Assembly (NCBI GenBank): GCA_030431875.1
Contig: JAUIIG010000001.1
Span: 37,539 to 101,538 of the forward strand
Length of the DNA: 64,000 bases
Direction: 5' to 3'
Source of the DNA: Alphaproteobacteria bacterium
Lineage (GTDB): Bacteria > Pseudomonadota > Alphaproteobacteria > Sphingomonadales > Sphingomonadaceae
Part shown: positions 62,187 through 64,000 of the stretch, one piece after another
How the letters are laid out: every line of letters starts with the position of its first letter
Numbering within the stretch: the first letter of the stretch is position 1
Notes under the pieces: generated by a model
Told to the model about the DNA's origin: nothing
The model's database searches: none
Seen by the model: the letters and a program-made list of their open reading frames with translations, nothing else
Translations under genes and position numbers: made by a program

Positions 62187-63184
62187 TGGCGAGCAGGACT
62201 GCCAGCCGCAACGCGCCCGATGGCCCGTCACCGTTCGCGGTGGCGGGGGATCGCCTGCCCAAGGCCAAGTTTTCTGACCCGCTGGTGACCGCCAAGGGCG
62301 AGGCGCGGGCGACGGTGGGCCTGCGCCAGCTCGACACGCTCTGGTTTGCCACCGGCACGCTGTGCAACCTTGCCTGCGCCAACTGCTATATCGAAAGCAG
62401 CCCTACCAACGATGCGTTGGTCTATCTGGCGGCTGCGGACGTGGCGCGCTTCCTTGATGAGATTGCGGAGCAGCCAAAGAGACTTCAGGCGCGCGAAATC
62501 GGCTTCACCGGCGGCGAGCCGTTCATGAACCCCGAGATCATCGCCATGATCGAGGATGCCCTGTCGCGCGGGCACGAGGTCTTGGTGCTCTCCAACGCGA
62601 TGAAGCCCATGCGCCGACACGAGGCGGAGCTGCTGCGGCTGCGCGGAGCCTACGGCGACAAGCTGACGATCCGCGTCTCCATCGATCATCACACCCAGGC
62701 CGTGCACGAGGCCGAGCGGGGTCCCAATTCGTGGGCGCCGATGCTGGACGGCCTGCGCTGGCTGTCAGCCAATGGCTTCTCCCTCGCGGCGGCGGGACGG
62801 CACCTGACCGGCGAAAGCGACGCCGAAGCGCGGGTGGCCTATGCCGCGCTGTTCGCCGCCGAAGGGATCGCCGTGGACTGCGCCAATCCCGCCCGGCTGG
62901 TGCTGTTCCCGGAAATGGACGCGAGCGCCGACATCGCCGAGATCACCACGGCCTGTTGGGACATCCTCGGCAAGTCGCCCGACGATATCATGTGCGCCAG
63001 CCAGCGCATGGTGGTCCACCGCAAGGGCGAGCCCGCACCGCGCGTGGTCGCCTGCACCCTGCTGCCCTACGATCCGCAGTTCGATCTGGGCGCGACGGTC
63101 GCCGAAGCTGACCGCGAGGTGTCGCTCAACCATCCCCATTGCGCGCGCTTCTGCGTGCTGGGTGGGGCCAGCTGTTCGGCCTGA
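62186..63184 (+). CDS. Radical SAM protein with a Cys-rich C-terminus (ArsS-related)
   Basis: CNLACANC, FTGGEP, VSID, C-terminal HCARFCVLGGASC. Confidence 0.85.
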   Translation: MASRTASRNAPDGPSPFAVAGDRLPKAKFSDPLVTAKGEARATVGLRQLDTLWFATGTLCNLACANCYIESSPTNDALVYLAAADVARFLDEIAEQPKRLQAREIGFTGGEPFMNPEIIAMIEDALSRGHEVLVLSNAMKPMRRHEAELLRLRGAYGDKLTIRVSIDHHTQAVHEAERGPNSWAPMLDGLRWLSANGFSLAAAGRHLTGESDAEARVAYAALFAAEGIAVDCANPARLVLFPEMDASADIAEITTACWDILGKSPDDIMCASQRMVVHRKGEPAPRVVACTLLPYDPQFDLGATVAEADREVSLNHPHCARFCVLGGASCSA

Positions 63185-63243
63185 CGGATTAGCAAAAGCT
63201 AATAAACCTATTGCGATTTGCTGCCGTTAGCGGCAAGATTCCC

Positions 63244-63257
63244 CTGATCACGATGAA
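63244..63257. promoter_or_regulatory. Degenerate FNR/FixK box
   Basis: CTGAT-N4-ATGAA versus TTGAT-N4-ATCAA. Confidence 0.3.
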
Positions 63258-63314
63258 GCGCGCCAGCCAGACGGGTCGCAGGCTTGGCAATAAGCGTGTC
63301 GTGGTGGGGGTATA

Positions 63315-64000
63315 ATGATAACAATCGCTGACGGCGATGCACCGCTGGCCCTGGATAGCGCCCAACTCCGTTCTTTTCTGGATATCATGCCGATCGCCAT
63401 GATCCTGGCGGATCATGACGGCATCATCCGTGCCGCCGGGCATACGGTGGAAGAGCACTTTGGCTATTCGCGCGATGAACTGGTTGGCCAGAACGTTTCG
63501 ATCCTGATGGGATCGCCGCACCAGGAGCGGCACGATGGCTACCTCAGACACTACCAGGAAACCGGCGAGAAGCGCATCATAGGCAAGCCGCGGATCGAGA
63601 ATGCGCGGCACAAGAACGGGCATGCCATCGCGGTCGAGGTGAACGTCGGCGAGACGGTGATCGAGGGGCGTCCCTATTACCTTGGCTTCCTGCGGCTGAT
63701 CGAGGCTGCCGAGACCAACCCGCAGCAGATCCAGACCATGCTGAGCGAGCTTGCCCATGTCTCGCGCGTTTCCGCGATGGGTGCCTTGTCGACTGCGATC
63801 GCGCACGAATTGAACCAGCCGCTGACGAGCATTTCCAACTTCGCCGAGGGCGCGCGTGACCGCCTGAAACAGCGTGCCGATGCGGAAGACCTGGGGGAAG
63901 TGATCGAAGCACTGGAAATCTGCAGCGAGCAGGCCGTTCGCGCAGGCCAGTTGCTGACCCGCTTGCGCGAGTTCCTGAAGCCTCCTGCGCACAAGACCGA
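63315..64000 (+). CDS. fixL: FixL-like heme-PAS histidine kinase (3' truncated by window; absent from ORF track)
   Basis: Hand translation from ATG 63315: GQNVSILM...RHDGYLRHY..TGEKRIIG (PAS), MGALSTAIAHELNQPL (H-box). Confidence 0.85.
   Translation, partial: MITIADGDAPLALDSAQLRSFLDIMPIAMILADHDGIIRAAGHTVEEHFGYSRDELVGQNVSILMGSPHQERHDGYLRHYQETGEKRIIGKPRIENARHKNGHAIAVEVNVGETVIEGRPYYLGFLRLIEAAETNPQQIQTMLSELAHVSRVSAMGALSTAIAHELNQPLTSISNFAEGARDRLKQRADAEDLGEVIEALEICSEQAVRAGQLLTRLREFLKPPAHKT

Noticed and set aside
59619-63184. Selenocysteine read-through in the arsenic cluster
   Set aside because: The TGA codons are ordinary coupled stops; Cys motifs are complete and no SECIS-like element was recognised

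Overview
A GC-rich, mostly core-genome segment of an alphaproteobacterium. Gene content and synteny (ubiB-coaBC-dut, murJ-secB-tim44-mltA-smr, a VPAP-type PEP-CTERM protein, REP-like repeats) point to Sphingomonadales, probably Erythrobacteraceae; this is inference. About 66 CDSs are supported, including trpS, katG, ahpCF, aroC, ruvAB, acnA, ispG, pheA, rlmE, ppx, a seven-gene MoxR/DUF58/SpoIIM/RDD operon, an arsenosugar-type cluster (two GT-associated genes, ArsM-like methyltransferase, radical SAM enzyme, MerA-like flavoprotein and an extra reductase) and a truncated FixL-like kinase. No tRNA, rRNA, CRISPR array or transposase was seen. The strongest unannotated signals lie below the ORF-track threshold. 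They are a Trp-Arg-Trp leader peptide paired with an 11-bp helix upstream of trpS, a 7-codon uORF that can sequester the RBS of an orphan YjhX/TopAI toxin, C-rich (anti-Shine-Dalgarno-like) hairpin loops in the 3' regions of both katG and ahpC, a GIY-YIG gene bracketed by covarying inverted REP palindromes inside the ruvAB operon, and a REP doublet translated as a protein tail. All family calls come from motif recognition by eye; no database search or folding calculation was run.
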